A stretch of 52,442 bases of DNA from Candidatus Magasanikiibacteriota bacterium. Its GTDB lineage: Bacteria; Patescibacteriota; Patescibacteriia; Magasanikbacterales; UBA922. Made by a program: the position numbers and the translations under genes. The notes beneath the pieces were generated by a model. That model was given only the letters and a program-made list of their open reading frames with translations. It was not told where the DNA came from and did not search any database. This document shows, piece by piece, positions 1-9,244 of the stretch (its first letter is position 1; each line of letters starts with the position of its first letter). The DNA is taken from positions 1-52,442 of the forward strand of contig CAILTG010000094.1 of the NCBI GenBank assembly GCA_903837125.1. Reading direction: 5' to 3'.

Positions 1-7
1 AATAATA

Positions 8-340
8 TTATTCACTTTTTAAAATATTATATCTAACTTCCAACACTTTTCCTGGAGTATCATCCAAACTAATAATAAACTTACGGCTATCATCTTTTTC
101 TCTCCTAAATCTTACCATTGTGAACCTCAAAACTTTCAAAAACTTTCTAAGATGTTTCCCAGCATCCAACGAGCTAGAAAAATTAATATCAACATTCATA
201 ATATTACCGACAATTTCTATTTTAAGATTACCACTCCTATCTTTAGTAGCACAATCAATAAATTTTTGACAATCTTCACCTACCATCATTCTCTCCTTAG
301 CCTGCACAACTGACAATCTTTCAAATGCGTCAACATTCAT
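8..340 (-). CDS. hypothetical protein
   Basis: 110-aa ATG ORF with protein-like composition; no recognisable motif. Confidence 0.55.
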   Translation of the reverse strand: MNVDAFERLSVVQAKERMMVGEDCQKFIDCATKDRSGNLKIEIVGNIMNVDINFSSSLDAGKHLRKFLKVLRFTMVRFRREKDDSRKFIISLDDTPGKVLEVRYNILKSE

Positions 341-523
341 ATTTTTTAAAATTAAACTGGTCCACTTTTTGATGGATTAAGACAATTTTACCACACAATT
401 CATAAATTTGTCCATAAAAAAACCATCCCGATTTTATCAGGATGGCTGTAATAATTGAGTTCGCGCGCCTGGTTGGCTGATCAGACGCGCGTCCCCTTCT
501 CCAGAGCTTCCTGATGGTGGGAT

Positions 524-853
524 TCACACCCCGCATCCTGAAAAGCTCTTGGAGCCCTTGATTCCAATAACCTTGAAGCTCCGCAGGACGCCCACGTCCG
601 GAACCGATTCCGGAAACGTGAAGATCCGCTCGGCTTCAATGCACACCTCAACCCGATACACCTCTGCGTCCGGGAATCCGTACTCCCGGAACCGAACGAT
701 CCAACGGCGTGCGCCGCGAACCCGCTCGAGTTCCAGGACCTTGTAGTCCGCCCCAAGTGTGGTTGTCAGGGTGATATCCTGAACCCCCCCAAAGAGAACC
801 ACCCCGGTCCAAGCCTGAATGGCAGAAACTGGCCAACTTCTTCTTGATATCAC
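524..853 (-). CDS. GC-rich orphan protein
   Basis: ORF track 524..859; AAGGGGG Shine-Dalgarno (860-866) favours the GTG at 853; sigma70-like promoter upstream; GC visibly above flanks. Confidence 0.55.
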   Translation of the reverse strand: MISRRSWPVSAIQAWTGVVLFGGVQDITLTTTLGADYKVLELERVRGARRWIVRFREYGFPDAEVYRVEVCIEAERIFTFPESVPDVGVLRSFKVIGIKGSKSFSGCGV

Positions 854-888
854 GTGCACCCCCTTGTAATTTTAGCCAACACCCCAAA

Positions 889-917
889 ACCATACTAGTT
901 TTTTAGTAAAATGTCAA
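889..917 (-). promoter_or_regulatory. sigma70-type promoter of the GC-rich ORF
   Basis: TTGACA (917-912) - 17 bp - TATGGT (894-889) on the minus strand. Confidence 0.55.
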
Positions 918-952
918 CATTATTAATAAAACATGTTATAATACTACAAACT

Positions 953-1750
953 ATGGAACAATACTTTATTCAACTAGCTAAGGCCGTAGGCGTACAAATT
1001 TTTGGTTTGTTTGGTCTATTTTTTATTTTTGGTTTTGTCTTATCAAAACTACAAGAATGGACGCAAAGAAATTATGCTCGTTCAGTAGGTTGGAAAGGAA
1101 TTCTATGGACTGCCTGGTTTGGCACACCCTTTCACGAATACGGCCATGCTTTTTTTGCCAAACTTTTTCGCCACAAAATTGACTCCATGGCTTTATTTAA
1201 ACCCAATCCTGAAACCGGTGAACTCGGATTTGTAAATCACTCTTATAATCCCAAAAGTTTTTATCAAAGCATTGGTAATTTTTTTATTGGCGCGGCACCC
1301 ATGATTTTTGGCTCACTAATTTTAGTATTTTTTTTATATTTATTGGTTCCCAACAGCAGTGACATTTTTGGTTCACTCGCTAATAATCAAGAAAATTTTT
1401 TGGGTATTTTAAAAGGAGCTGGTAACGCGCTCCTTAAACTTTTTACTTTAGAAAATATTAAGACCTGGTATTTTTGGATTTTTCTTTATATGTCTTTTTG
1501 CGTGGCCTCACATATTGCCCCCAGCAAGGCGGATCGTAAAGGTTTATGGAAAGGCTTAATTCTAATTATTATTTCTCTAGTTTTTATTAACATTCTTACC
1601 TTATTAATTAAGTGGGATATCACTCAGTACATTCTCACTTTTTCAGAGTGGCTTAGTATTTTAGTAGCCATTTTTGCCTATGCTACCATTATTTCTTTGC
1701 TGCATTTTATTGCTTCTTATTTTATACTCCGACCGTTTAGAAAGTATTAA
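953..1750 (+). CDS. integral membrane protein with HExxH, M50-like metalloprotease
   Basis: multiple hydrophobic segments, PFHEYGH motif; ATG at 953 lies just after TGtTATAAT. Confidence 0.7.
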   Translation: MEQYFIQLAKAVGVQIFGLFGLFFIFGFVLSKLQEWTQRNYARSVGWKGILWTAWFGTPFHEYGHAFFAKLFRHKIDSMALFKPNPETGELGFVNHSYNPKSFYQSIGNFFIGAAPMIFGSLILVFFLYLLVPNSSDIFGSLANNQENFLGILKGAGNALLKLFTLENIKTWYFWIFLYMSFCVASHIAPSKADRKGLWKGLILIIISLVFINILTLLIKWDITQYILTFSEWLSILVAIFAYATIISLLHFIASYFILRPFRKY

Positions 1751-1788
1751 AAATCGGTCATTAGCCAAATTTTTTTAAGTTTTATCCA

Positions 1789-2328
1789 TCAGCTTAGATT
1801 CAACTCTTCTCTTAAAAAAGCAAAAATTTTCTGATACTCTTCAAACCGAGGATAAAAATTCTCTGGATTATTTTTAATCATTTTTTCTAATTCCAAATAA
1901 TGAACCCATTTGGCATTCTGTACTTCTTCTGTTTGTAAATTAAAATTAGAAAAATCAGCACGGGCAAAATAAATATCGTCATATTCATTACTAAAGGTAC
2001 CATCAGAAAAAGCCTCCTCCATTTTTAGGGTGAATAACAAACGAAAAGCAGCCGGGGCTAAATTTATTCCCAGCTCCTCTGCGGTTTCTCTCACAATCGT
2101 ACTTAAAGAATCCTCGCCTGCCAATACATGACCGGCGGCCGAATTATCCCACAAATTAGGATGTTCATGTTTATTAGCAGAGCGTTGTTGAGTTAATAAT
2201 TCATTTTGCGAATTTAAAATCCAAACATGTGCACCCCGATGCCATTCACTGTTCTGATGAACAACTGTACGCGTTTTTACAATACCTGTAAGTTTTCCTT
2301 CCTTATCTAAAACATCTATATAATCCAT
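1789..2328 (-). CDS. NUDIX hydrolase, IPP-isomerase-like subfamily
   Basis: HRGAHVWI, QQRS, AAGHVLAGE...RETAEELG Nudix box. Confidence 0.85.
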   Translation of the reverse strand: MDYIDVLDKEGKLTGIVKTRTVVHQNSEWHRGAHVWILNSQNELLTQQRSANKHEHPNLWDNSAAGHVLAGEDSLSTIVRETAEELGINLAPAAFRLLFTLKMEEAFSDGTFSNEYDDIYFARADFSNFNLQTEEVQNAKWVHYLELEKMIKNNPENFYPRFEEYQKIFAFLREELNLS

Positions 2329-2332
2329 ATAA

Positions 2333-2779
2333 TTAATTTTTGTATATCACTTCCTCTAAATAATTTTTCATTACTTTTTCGCTAGGAAAAAATAATGGTT
2401 TTGGTAAATTATCAATTGCAAACCACTCCCAACGAGTAATTTCATCCGGCTCCATTACTTTTGGTTCACCTACAAAATCTTCACAAAGAAAACCTAGAGT
2501 GATAAAGTGAGCATCACTCACCATATCATTGGCCACACTAATAAGTTTTATTTTATTTTTAGCTATTTCCAAACCCGTTTCTTCTAAAGTTTCACGATAA
2601 CAACATTCTTCAAAACTCTCATGAAAACGCATTTTGCCACCAGGCATACTCCAAGTACCCTCACCGTGCAATTCAGAATCTGCCTTTTCTGGATCAACAT
2701 TCCGCTGACCTAAAAGAATTTTTCCATCTTTTAAGATCATCACCCCAAACCCCACGCCAATATTATTATTTTCTAGCAT
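2333..2779 (-). CDS. NUDIX hydrolase (MutT/NUDT15-like)
   Basis: WSMPGG...ES...RETLEETG; EPDE..RWEWF..DNLP. Confidence 0.9.
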   Translation of the reverse strand: MLENNNIGVGFGVMILKDGKILLGQRNVDPEKADSELHGEGTWSMPGGKMRFHESFEECCYRETLEETGLEIAKNKIKLISVANDMVSDAHFITLGFLCEDFVGEPKVMEPDEITRWEWFAIDNLPKPLFFPSEKVMKNYLEEVIYKN

Positions 2780-2803
2780 ATTATTGATATAAAAAATAAA
2801 TTT

Positions 2804-4048
2804 TTAAAATTTTAGGTTAGACCCGGCCACATAACCAGTTGCCCAAGCCACCTGCAAATTGTAACCACCAGTTGGACCATCTAAATCTAAAACTTCACCA
2901 ACAAAATATAAATTACTAATTTTTTTAGAACGCATAGTTTGGGGATCAATCTCTCTCAATGACACTCCACCACTCGTCACCATGGCCATTTCATAACCCG
3001 AATTTCCAGCTACCGTAATTTCTAAACTATTCAACAATTTACCTAACTGCAATCGTTCTTCACGAGTAACATCATGCAGTGGCTTATCACCATTAATTTT
3101 TAAAATCCCCACCAAACATTCTGCCATTCTTTTGGGAATAAATTCAGTTAAATAATTTTTTAAAAACTTATGGCTATAATCACTAAACTCCATTTGTAAA
3201 TTTTTGTCTAATTGTTCAGGAGATATTCCTGGAAAAAAATTAATTCTTAATTTAACTTCACCATTTTTTTCTGCTCTAATCACACTCTTGCTAATATTTA
3301 TTACCAGTGGTCCACTAACACCAAAATGGGTAAACAACAAATCACCAGTTTTATTAATAATTTTTTTATTATTTTGATAAACAGCCACTCCGACATTTTC
3401 TAAAACCATTCCTGGTAAACTTTTTACCCAAGCTTCCTTAATTTTTAATGGTACCAGAGCGGGTTTAAGAGGCACCACTTCCAGACCAGCTTTTTTTGCC
3501 CAAACCAAACCATCACCGGTAGAACCAGTAAAAGTATAAGACAAACCACCAGTGGCAACAATAAGATTTTTAGTAGAAATTTTTGTGCCATCAGTCAAAA
3601 CAACTTCTTTAACAAGAGAATTTTTTACTGAAATATTCTTAACTATTGACTCATATTTTATTTCCACACTATTTTCCTCTAAATATTTTTTTAAAGCATC
3701 CAACACTTCTTTGGACGAATTAGAAACTGGAAACACTCTACCATCATTTTCTATTTCTAATTTTACACCCAATTCCTCAAAAAAATCCATTATTTGTTTC
3801 GGACCAAATTTATGCAAAGCAGAAAACAAAAAAGCACCATTTTCCCCATAGGCAGACACCAGTTTATGTAAGTCAAATTCGGCCTGAGTAATATTACACC
3901 GACCATTACCGGAAATTAATAATTTTTTACCTAATATTTTATTTTTTTCCAATAACAAAACTTTGGCAGCACGAGTAGCCGCCATGCCTGCCGAAATCAT
4001 CCCCGACGGTCCCCCGCCAATAACCACAAGGTCAAATACATTTTTCAT
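2804..4048 (-). CDS. HI0933/YhiN-family flavoprotein (NAD(P)/FAD oxidoreductase)
   Basis: GGGPSG, GKKLLISGNGRCNIT, ATGG.SY..TGSTGDG, LFTHFGVSGP, GEVLDLDGPTGGYNLQ. Confidence 0.92.
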   Translation of the reverse strand: MKNVFDLVVIGGGPSGMISAGMAATRAAKVLLLEKNKILGKKLLISGNGRCNITQAEFDLHKLVSAYGENGAFLFSALHKFGPKQIMDFFEELGVKLEIENDGRVFPVSNSSKEVLDALKKYLEENSVEIKYESIVKNISVKNSLVKEVVLTDGTKISTKNLIVATGGLSYTFTGSTGDGLVWAKKAGLEVVPLKPALVPLKIKEAWVKSLPGMVLENVGVAVYQNNKKIINKTGDLLFTHFGVSGPLVINISKSVIRAEKNGEVKLRINFFPGISPEQLDKNLQMEFSDYSHKFLKNYLTEFIPKRMAECLVGILKINGDKPLHDVTREERLQLGKLLNSLEITVAGNSGYEMAMVTSGGVSLREIDPQTMRSKKISNLYFVGEVLDLDGPTGGYNLQVAWATGYVAGSNLKF

Positions 4049-4076
4049 AAAGCTATAATATCACTTTATCTTAAAA

Positions 4077-4322
4077 TCACCGAAAAATCAATGCTATTTT
4101 TTGTAACCTTGTTAACCTCTTAATTTCGGCCTCTTTTTTTCGTACTTTCGCCAAAGTTTTAAATTTTTTAAAATATACTAATTTTACCGGCCTACGCCCA
4201 CGTGTATATTTCGCGCCTGCCTTTGTATTGTTGTGCTCATGAATTCTCTTCTGCAAATCACAAGTAGAGCCTGCATAAAGACTCCCATCTGAACACTCTA
4301 AAATATAAACAACAAATGGCAT
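4077..4322 (-). CDS. GIY-YIG nuclease family protein (YhbQ/UPF0213-like)
   Basis: VYILECSDGSLYAGST...R..EHN...GAKYTRGRRPVKLVY. Confidence 0.88.
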   Translation of the reverse strand: MPFVVYILECSDGSLYAGSTCDLQKRIHEHNNTKAGAKYTRGRRPVKLVYFKKFKTLAKVRKKEAEIKRLTRLQKIALIFR

Positions 4323-4344
4323 TTAATTATATTCAATATAAACC

Positions 4345-4373
4345 AAAACCCTGAACAAATTTGGTTCAGGGTT
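4345..4373 (-). terminator. intrinsic terminator hairpin
   Basis: AACCCTGAAC-aaatttg-GTTCAGGGTT 10-bp stem, T-run on the minus strand, just after the small ORF stop. Confidence 0.7.
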
Positions 4374-4379
4374 GTTACA

Positions 4380-4445
4380 TTACTTCTTTTTATTCTTTTT
4401 TGGTTTTTTAACATCTTTTCTTTGTGCGTTGTTTCCTTTGGCCAT
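4380..4445 (-). CDS. 21-aa Lys-rich small protein MAKGNNAQRKDVKKPKKNKKK
   Basis: manual translation ATG(4445)..TAA(4380); own terminator; below ORF-track cutoff. Confidence 0.65.
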   Translation of the reverse strand: MAKGNNAQRKDVKKPKKNKKK

Positions 4446-4520
4446 ACAAATTAAGATTAAAAAATTAAACTACTGCTATTATACCACATAATGACTATCA
4501 CCGTAAGGGATTATTATATA

Positions 4521-4549
4521 TTGACTACCGTCCGCCTTTTTGATATAGT
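4521..4549 (+). promoter_or_regulatory. promoter of tRNA-Ser
   Basis: TTGACT - 17 bp - TATAGT, 10 nt upstream of the tRNA. Confidence 0.65.
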
Positions 4550-4559
4550 TATGCGCGAT

Positions 4560-4647
4560 GGAAGGTTCGCATAGCGGTCTAGTGCGCACGCTTGGAAAGC
4601 GTGTATGCCGAAAGGCATCGAGGGTTCAAATCCCTCACCTTCCGCCA
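4560..4647 (+). tRNA. tRNA-Ser(GGA)
   Basis: acceptor stem GGAAGGT/ACCTTCC, anticodon arm CACGC-TTGGAAA-GCGTG, long variable arm ATGCC-GAAA-GGCAT, T-loop GTTCAAATC, encoded CCA. Confidence 0.97.
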
Positions 4648-4680
4648 AAACAAAATCACGTTTAAACGTGATTTTGTTTT
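4647..4680. terminator. bidirectional terminator (perfect 34-bp palindrome)
   Basis: AAAACAAAATCACGTTTAAACGTGATTTTGTTTT between the convergent tRNA and LOG genes. Confidence 0.7.
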
Positions 4681-4687
4681 ATTAATT

Positions 4688-6097
4688 TTATTCTCCACCC
4701 TCATCTTTATCTCTACTTTTCAACATTTCCAGCAAATCTTCCCTTTTTTGATGAAATGTTTTAATCGCATCCAATAAATGATCTTCACTATCCACAATTT
4801 GATAAAATTCATCATCTTCATCATTAACAGTCCCTAGTTTATGCACCATTACTTCTTTAATAAAAGCCAACAATGGTTCCCAATACTTATGATTATAAAG
4901 CAACACCGGCATGGGTTCCATTTTTTTAGTTTGAATCAAAACCAGCACCTCAAATAATTGATGCAAAGTGCCAAAACCGCCAGGCAAAAATACAAAGGCA
5001 GTGGCCGGCGAGGTAATAATTAACTTACGAATGTAGGGAAATTGGAAACCGATGGCCTTGGTTAAATAAGCATTTTTTCGCTCTTTATAACCATATTTAA
5101 TATTAATGCCAATTGATTGTCCGCCGATTTCAAAAGCGCCACGCGACACTGCCTCCATAGTACCAGGACCGCCACCCGACACAACTGAAAAACCTTCTTT
5201 AGCCAAACGTTGTCCCACACGATAAGCTACTTGATAATATTCACTTTCAGTAGTAATATTTTTTGTACCTAAAACATTAACACTATTTTTAATACCGGTT
5301 AAAAACTCAAAACCATCAACCATTTCAGCCATAATGCGAAAAATCTTCCAATCCAATTTTTGCCCGTTCTGAAAATGGTGTGGCGACAACTCGGATTCCA
5401 CTTCTCGATCTTTAGTATTTTTAATAAATTGATATGCTTCTTCGGCGGTTTCCACCAAATGCCAGCTATCAATCACACTAGGCAAGACTGACCCAATCGG
5501 CACTGCTTTTTGGCGTAAAAAATCTATAAGCGGCTGCCAAAATTCTTTACCAACCAGTACAATCGGCACCCGCTGCATTTTATTCATATCCATTAAGTCC
5601 ACAATTTCAAAAAATTCATCCATGGTTCCGTAACCACCAGGAAAAAATACAAAAGCATTGGCTGGTGAAGTAAGCATTACTTTACGCGTAAAAAAATAAT
5701 AAAAACCAGTAGACTTTTTTACATATTGGTTAACTCTTTGTTCAAATGGCAGTTGGATATTGATGCCAATTGATTCTCCACCTCCATCATAAGCGCCATG
5801 ATTTCCCGCCTCCATAATACCCGGACCCCCGCCGGTAATTACCGTAAAATCATTTTCTGCCAAAAGTTTTCCCAAATCATAAGCAACCAAGCTATACTTA
5901 TTATCATGATGCAGTCGGGCTGAACCCAAAATAGTTACTTCATTCTTAAATTGGGATAAAAACTGATAACCTTCTACAAACTCAGACATAATGCGAAAAA
6001 TTCGCCAGGTATCACGATAATCACCCTCATTATTTATACTATAACTAAAATCTTTATCTTTTTGCTGAATTGCTTTTTTTATTTCTTCTTCACGCAT
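4688..6097 (-). CDS. tandem two-domain LOG-family (TIGR00730-like) protein
   Basis: two repeats each with W.IFRIM.E.V.G, GGGPG.MEA, RK and PGG.GT motifs. Confidence 0.9.
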   Translation of the reverse strand: MREEEIKKAIQQKDKDFSYSINNEGDYRDTWRIFRIMSEFVEGYQFLSQFKNEVTILGSARLHHDNKYSLVAYDLGKLLAENDFTVITGGGPGIMEAGNHGAYDGGGESIGINIQLPFEQRVNQYVKKSTGFYYFFTRKVMLTSPANAFVFFPGGYGTMDEFFEIVDLMDMNKMQRVPIVLVGKEFWQPLIDFLRQKAVPIGSVLPSVIDSWHLVETAEEAYQFIKNTKDREVESELSPHHFQNGQKLDWKIFRIMAEMVDGFEFLTGIKNSVNVLGTKNITTESEYYQVAYRVGQRLAKEGFSVVSGGGPGTMEAVSRGAFEIGGQSIGINIKYGYKERKNAYLTKAIGFQFPYIRKLIITSPATAFVFLPGGFGTLHQLFEVLVLIQTKKMEPMPVLLYNHKYWEPLLAFIKEVMVHKLGTVNDEDDEFYQIVDSEDHLLDAIKTFHQKREDLLEMLKSRDKDEGGE

Positions 6098-6126
6098 AAA
6101 ATAATTTTAAATTTTTTGACACAAAA

Positions 6127-6546
6127 TTAATTAATTTCTCTTCTAGACAAACCTCTTTCTATAACCGTTTCAATGTCATCCCCGGCAGCTTCATTAATAT
6201 CTACAGGTACAGCTTCATCCGAAAGAGTTGAACCACGTTCCCTAGATTGATCACTTTTAAATATTCTGGCAAATACCGCCTGTAAATCTAATGCTTCACT
6301 TACCTTAGTTCCTTCCTTTTCTTCTCTGATTATATCTTCTACAATCAAACCAACCATATCTTTAATATATCTTAACAAAGTTGCATTACCCATCTTAGCG
6401 ACTGCCTCTTCTCCCAAATTTTCCCAAACTTCCTCAGTGGCCTGATCAATAATAATTGTCGCCGTTTCTTCAGCTGCCCCTAGTTCTTCCCTTACTTTAT
6501 CTTTAAGCACTTTTATTTCTTGTGCAAAATCAATCTTGTCTGTCAT
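6127..6546 (-). CDS. acidic hypothetical protein
   Basis: 139-aa ORF 3 nt downstream of gatA. Confidence 0.6.
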   Translation of the reverse strand: MTDKIDFAQEIKVLKDKVREELGAAEETATIIIDQATEEVWENLGEEAVAKMGNATLLRYIKDMVGLIVEDIIREEKEGTKVSEALDLQAVFARIFKSDQSRERGSTLSDEAVPVDINEAAGDDIETVIERGLSRREIN

Positions 6547-6549
6547 AGT

Positions 6550-7971
6550 TTATGATATTAAATTAGCTAATTTAAAAATCTTTTCTTCTCCCAACCTCGG
6601 CCCAATAATCTGTAACCCCACAGGCAACCCAGCTTTGGTATTTCCAGTGGGAACAGAAATAGCCGGAATTCCTGCCACTGCGGCTGGCGCCACAAAAATA
6701 TCTGCTAAATACATGGCCAAAACATCATCTTTTTTCTCTCCTAATTTAAAGGCTGGAAAAGGTGAAGTTGGGGTAACCAACAGATCAACTTCTGAAAACA
6801 CTCTCTCAAAATCTTGAATAATTAAAGTACGAACTTTTTGAGCTTTACGATAATAAGCATCATAATAACCAGCCGACAAAGCGTAAGTACCAATCATTAT
6901 GCGCCTTTTTACTTCATCCGGAAAACCTGCTCTACGAGATTTGGTATAAACATCATACAAATTTTTTGCTTCTTCTCTTACACCATATCTAATACCATCC
7001 ATTCTGCCCAAATTAGAACTATCTTCACATGGAACAATAATATAATAAACCGGAATTGCATATTTAGTCATTGGCAAACTTACTTCAACAATTTCCAATC
7101 CCTGTTTTTCCATTTCACCAATCTTAGTCTTAATCTTAGTCTTCACTTCTTCATCCATCCCCTCTGTCTCAAAATATTCCTTCGGTACGCCAATTCGCAA
7201 CTTTTTACTTTCTACTTTTAACTTTTTACTATATTTTGGAACTCCAACATCCACTGTTGTTGCATCAAGCGAATCTTTTCCCGCAATAATTTCTTCCACA
7301 ATTGCTGCATCTTCAACTGTCTTTGTCATTGGGCCAACAGTATCTAAAGATGAAGCCATAGGCATAATGCCATAACGAGAATTGCGGCCATAACTAGGAC
7401 GGAGACCCACAATACCGCAAAATGAAGCAGGTTGACGAATTGACCCACCAGTATCTTCACCTATACCAAAAATACACATATGGTCTGCCACCGCGGCCGC
7501 TGTACCACCACTTGAGCCACCAGCCACACGCGTTAAATCATGTGGATTTTTTACCGGCCCATACATGGAATTTTCATTTGAAGCACCGTGGCCAAAAGTA
7601 TCACAATTATTTTTACCAAGTAAAACCGCACCCTGTTCACGAATTTTTTTAATTACTGTGGCATCAAAACTTGGTGTATAATTATCTAAAATTTTAGCAG
7701 ACGCGGTAGAACGACGGTCAGCTGTACAAATAGCGTCTTTAACGCAAAAAGGAATACCAGTAAGTGTTTGTTGTTTTTTACTAGCAATTAATTCGTCCGC
7801 TTTTTTTGCTTCTTGAATCGCCTCTCCTTCAAAAACCGAAATAAACGCATTCAATTCTGGATTACGTTCTTTAATTCTGTCCAAACAAGATTGGGTAAGT
7901 TCAACAGAAGAAAATTCTTTTTTCTTTAAGCCGTCGTGAGCTTTTTTGATTGTAAGTTGATTTAAGTTCAT
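6550..7971 (-). CDS. gatA: Asp/Glu-tRNA amidotransferase subunit A
   Basis: amidase signature GGSSGG, DTGGSIRQPA, EVKRRIMIGTYALSAGYYDAYY. Confidence 0.97.
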   Translation of the reverse strand: MNLNQLTIKKAHDGLKKKEFSSVELTQSCLDRIKERNPELNAFISVFEGEAIQEAKKADELIASKKQQTLTGIPFCVKDAICTADRRSTASAKILDNYTPSFDATVIKKIREQGAVLLGKNNCDTFGHGASNENSMYGPVKNPHDLTRVAGGSSGGTAAAVADHMCIFGIGEDTGGSIRQPASFCGIVGLRPSYGRNSRYGIMPMASSLDTVGPMTKTVEDAAIVEEIIAGKDSLDATTVDVGVPKYSKKLKVESKKLRIGVPKEYFETEGMDEEVKTKIKTKIGEMEKQGLEIVEVSLPMTKYAIPVYYIIVPCEDSSNLGRMDGIRYGVREEAKNLYDVYTKSRRAGFPDEVKRRIMIGTYALSAGYYDAYYRKAQKVRTLIIQDFERVFSEVDLLVTPTSPFPAFKLGEKKDDVLAMYLADIFVAPAAVAGIPAISVPTGNTKAGLPVGLQIIGPRLGEEKIFKLANLIS

Positions 7972-7980
7972 ATTGGTTGG

Positions 7981-8104
7981 TAATCCCGAGCCACAGCGAG
8001 AGATCCCTTCTCAATGCTTAATAAAATGCATTAAAAAAAATTATTCCATAGAGCAAACAAATTCTCTCAAAAAGGGATCTCTCACCCTGCGGGGTTCGAG
8101 ATTA
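7981..8104. repeat. palindromic REP/MITE-like element between gatC and gatA
   Basis: TAATCCCGAG..TTCGAGATTA outer arms and perfect GAGAGATCCCTT (7998-8009)/AAGGGATCTCTC (8072-8083) inner arms. Confidence 0.65.
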
Positions 8105-8404
8105 ATTGACGTCGTCAAATACTGCTTTTACTTTTAACAACTTTCCCATTTTCTCTGGAAAACTATTAATTAATTTTTGCTTGATTTCTTCACCACTATT
8201 AATTGCTTTGTCTTCTCGCACTACATCTTCCAACCCAGTTACCTGGCAAGTTTCTGGCACACCATCAGTATTAACTTCTTTTAACATGCCAATATAATCA
8301 AAAACAACCGAGAGTTGTTTGGCATACAGCTCTTTTTCATTATCACTTAACTCTAAACGAGCCAAAGTGGCTATTTGTTCAACTTCATACACAGTTAATT
8401 TCAT
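8102..8404 (-). CDS. gatC: Asp/Glu-tRNA amidotransferase subunit C
   Basis: IATLARLEL, VNTDGVPET, REDK; upstream of gatA; start at MKLT. Confidence 0.93.
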   Translation of the reverse strand: MKLTVYEVEQIATLARLELSDNEKELYAKQLSVVFDYIGMLKEVNTDGVPETCQVTGLEDVVREDKAINSGEEIKQKLINSFPEKMGKLLKVKAVFDDVN

Positions 8405-8443
8405 ACCCGTATATTTTAGCAAATTTTAAATCAAATGGAAATA

Positions 8444-8474
8444 TAAAACCACCCTATTTTTTAGGGCGGTTTAT
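8444..8474. terminator. intrinsic terminator
   Basis: TAAAACCACCCTA-tttt-TAGGGCGGTTTTA after the SIMPL gene. Confidence 0.65.
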
Positions 8475-8493
8475 TATATTAGTTATTTACTAC

Positions 8494-9228
8494 TTATTCT
8501 AAAGCAAAAGTCACTGAAACTGTGGCTGAAACTTCTTTTTCTTTAGTGCTCAAATCATAAGCGCCATAATCACTTACGTCAACTGAATTTGGGGGCAATA
8601 TCTGCACCACACCGGTTTTGGCCGAAATTGGTCTACCAACTTTTGAACCAGTGCCTTTGGCAATGGCCTCGGCGCGTGATTGTGCATCTTTAGTGGCCTC
8701 GGCAAATAATTCAGGGCGTAAATCATTAATCTTGGTATAATAATATTCGGTGGTTTGATAATCCGGCACAATCCCCAAATTTAACAAATCTTTGGTTTGA
8801 CCAGACAACTTATCCATCTTGATTAAATCAGTATTTTGTACCTTAACACTTTGCACCACATTATAGCCAATAATATTCTGGCTTTGACCATAACCTGGTA
8901 TTTGTTCATAAATAGAATTTATTTGTACTGGCAAAAAAGTAAGGTCTTGGTCTGTCATTCCTAAACTTTTAATATACTGAATCAATTTGGTTTTACCAGT
9001 TTCGGACTGGGCTAAAACATCTTTCAAATTGCTTATACCAGCTCTTAAAGTAAAAGAAGCACTCCACTTTTCTAAATCAGCTGTCACATTTTTCTTTACT
9101 GAACCGGTTACAGTTAAACCTGATGCCTGACTTCTGGCACCCATTTCATAACCATGAATCCAAAGACCTAAAATTGTGGCCACACACAACATTCCAACTG
9201 ATAACAATATTATTTTTTTGTAGTCCAT
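8494..9228 (-). CDS. SIMPL (DUF541) domain protein
   Basis: N-terminal TM helix, LTVTGS...AD, EATKDAQSRAEAIA, GVVQI, VSVTF. Confidence 0.85.
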   Translation of the reverse strand: MDYKKIILLSVGMLCVATILGLWIHGYEMGARSQASGLTVTGSVKKNVTADLEKWSASFTLRAGISNLKDVLAQSETGKTKLIQYIKSLGMTDQDLTFLPVQINSIYEQIPGYGQSQNIIGYNVVQSVKVQNTDLIKMDKLSGQTKDLLNLGIVPDYQTTEYYYTKINDLRPELFAEATKDAQSRAEAIAKGTGSKVGRPISAKTGVVQILPPNSVDVSDYGAYDLSTKEKEVSATVSVTFALE

Positions 9229-9244
9229 AAATTTATTATTTAAA

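Noticed and set aside
4560-4680. tRNA-Ser as an island integration site
   Set aside because: No duplicate of the tRNA 3' end and no integrase noticed in the window
4592-4777. 61-aa ORF on the plus strand
   Set aside because: Overlaps tRNA-Ser and is antisense to the LOG gene; spurious
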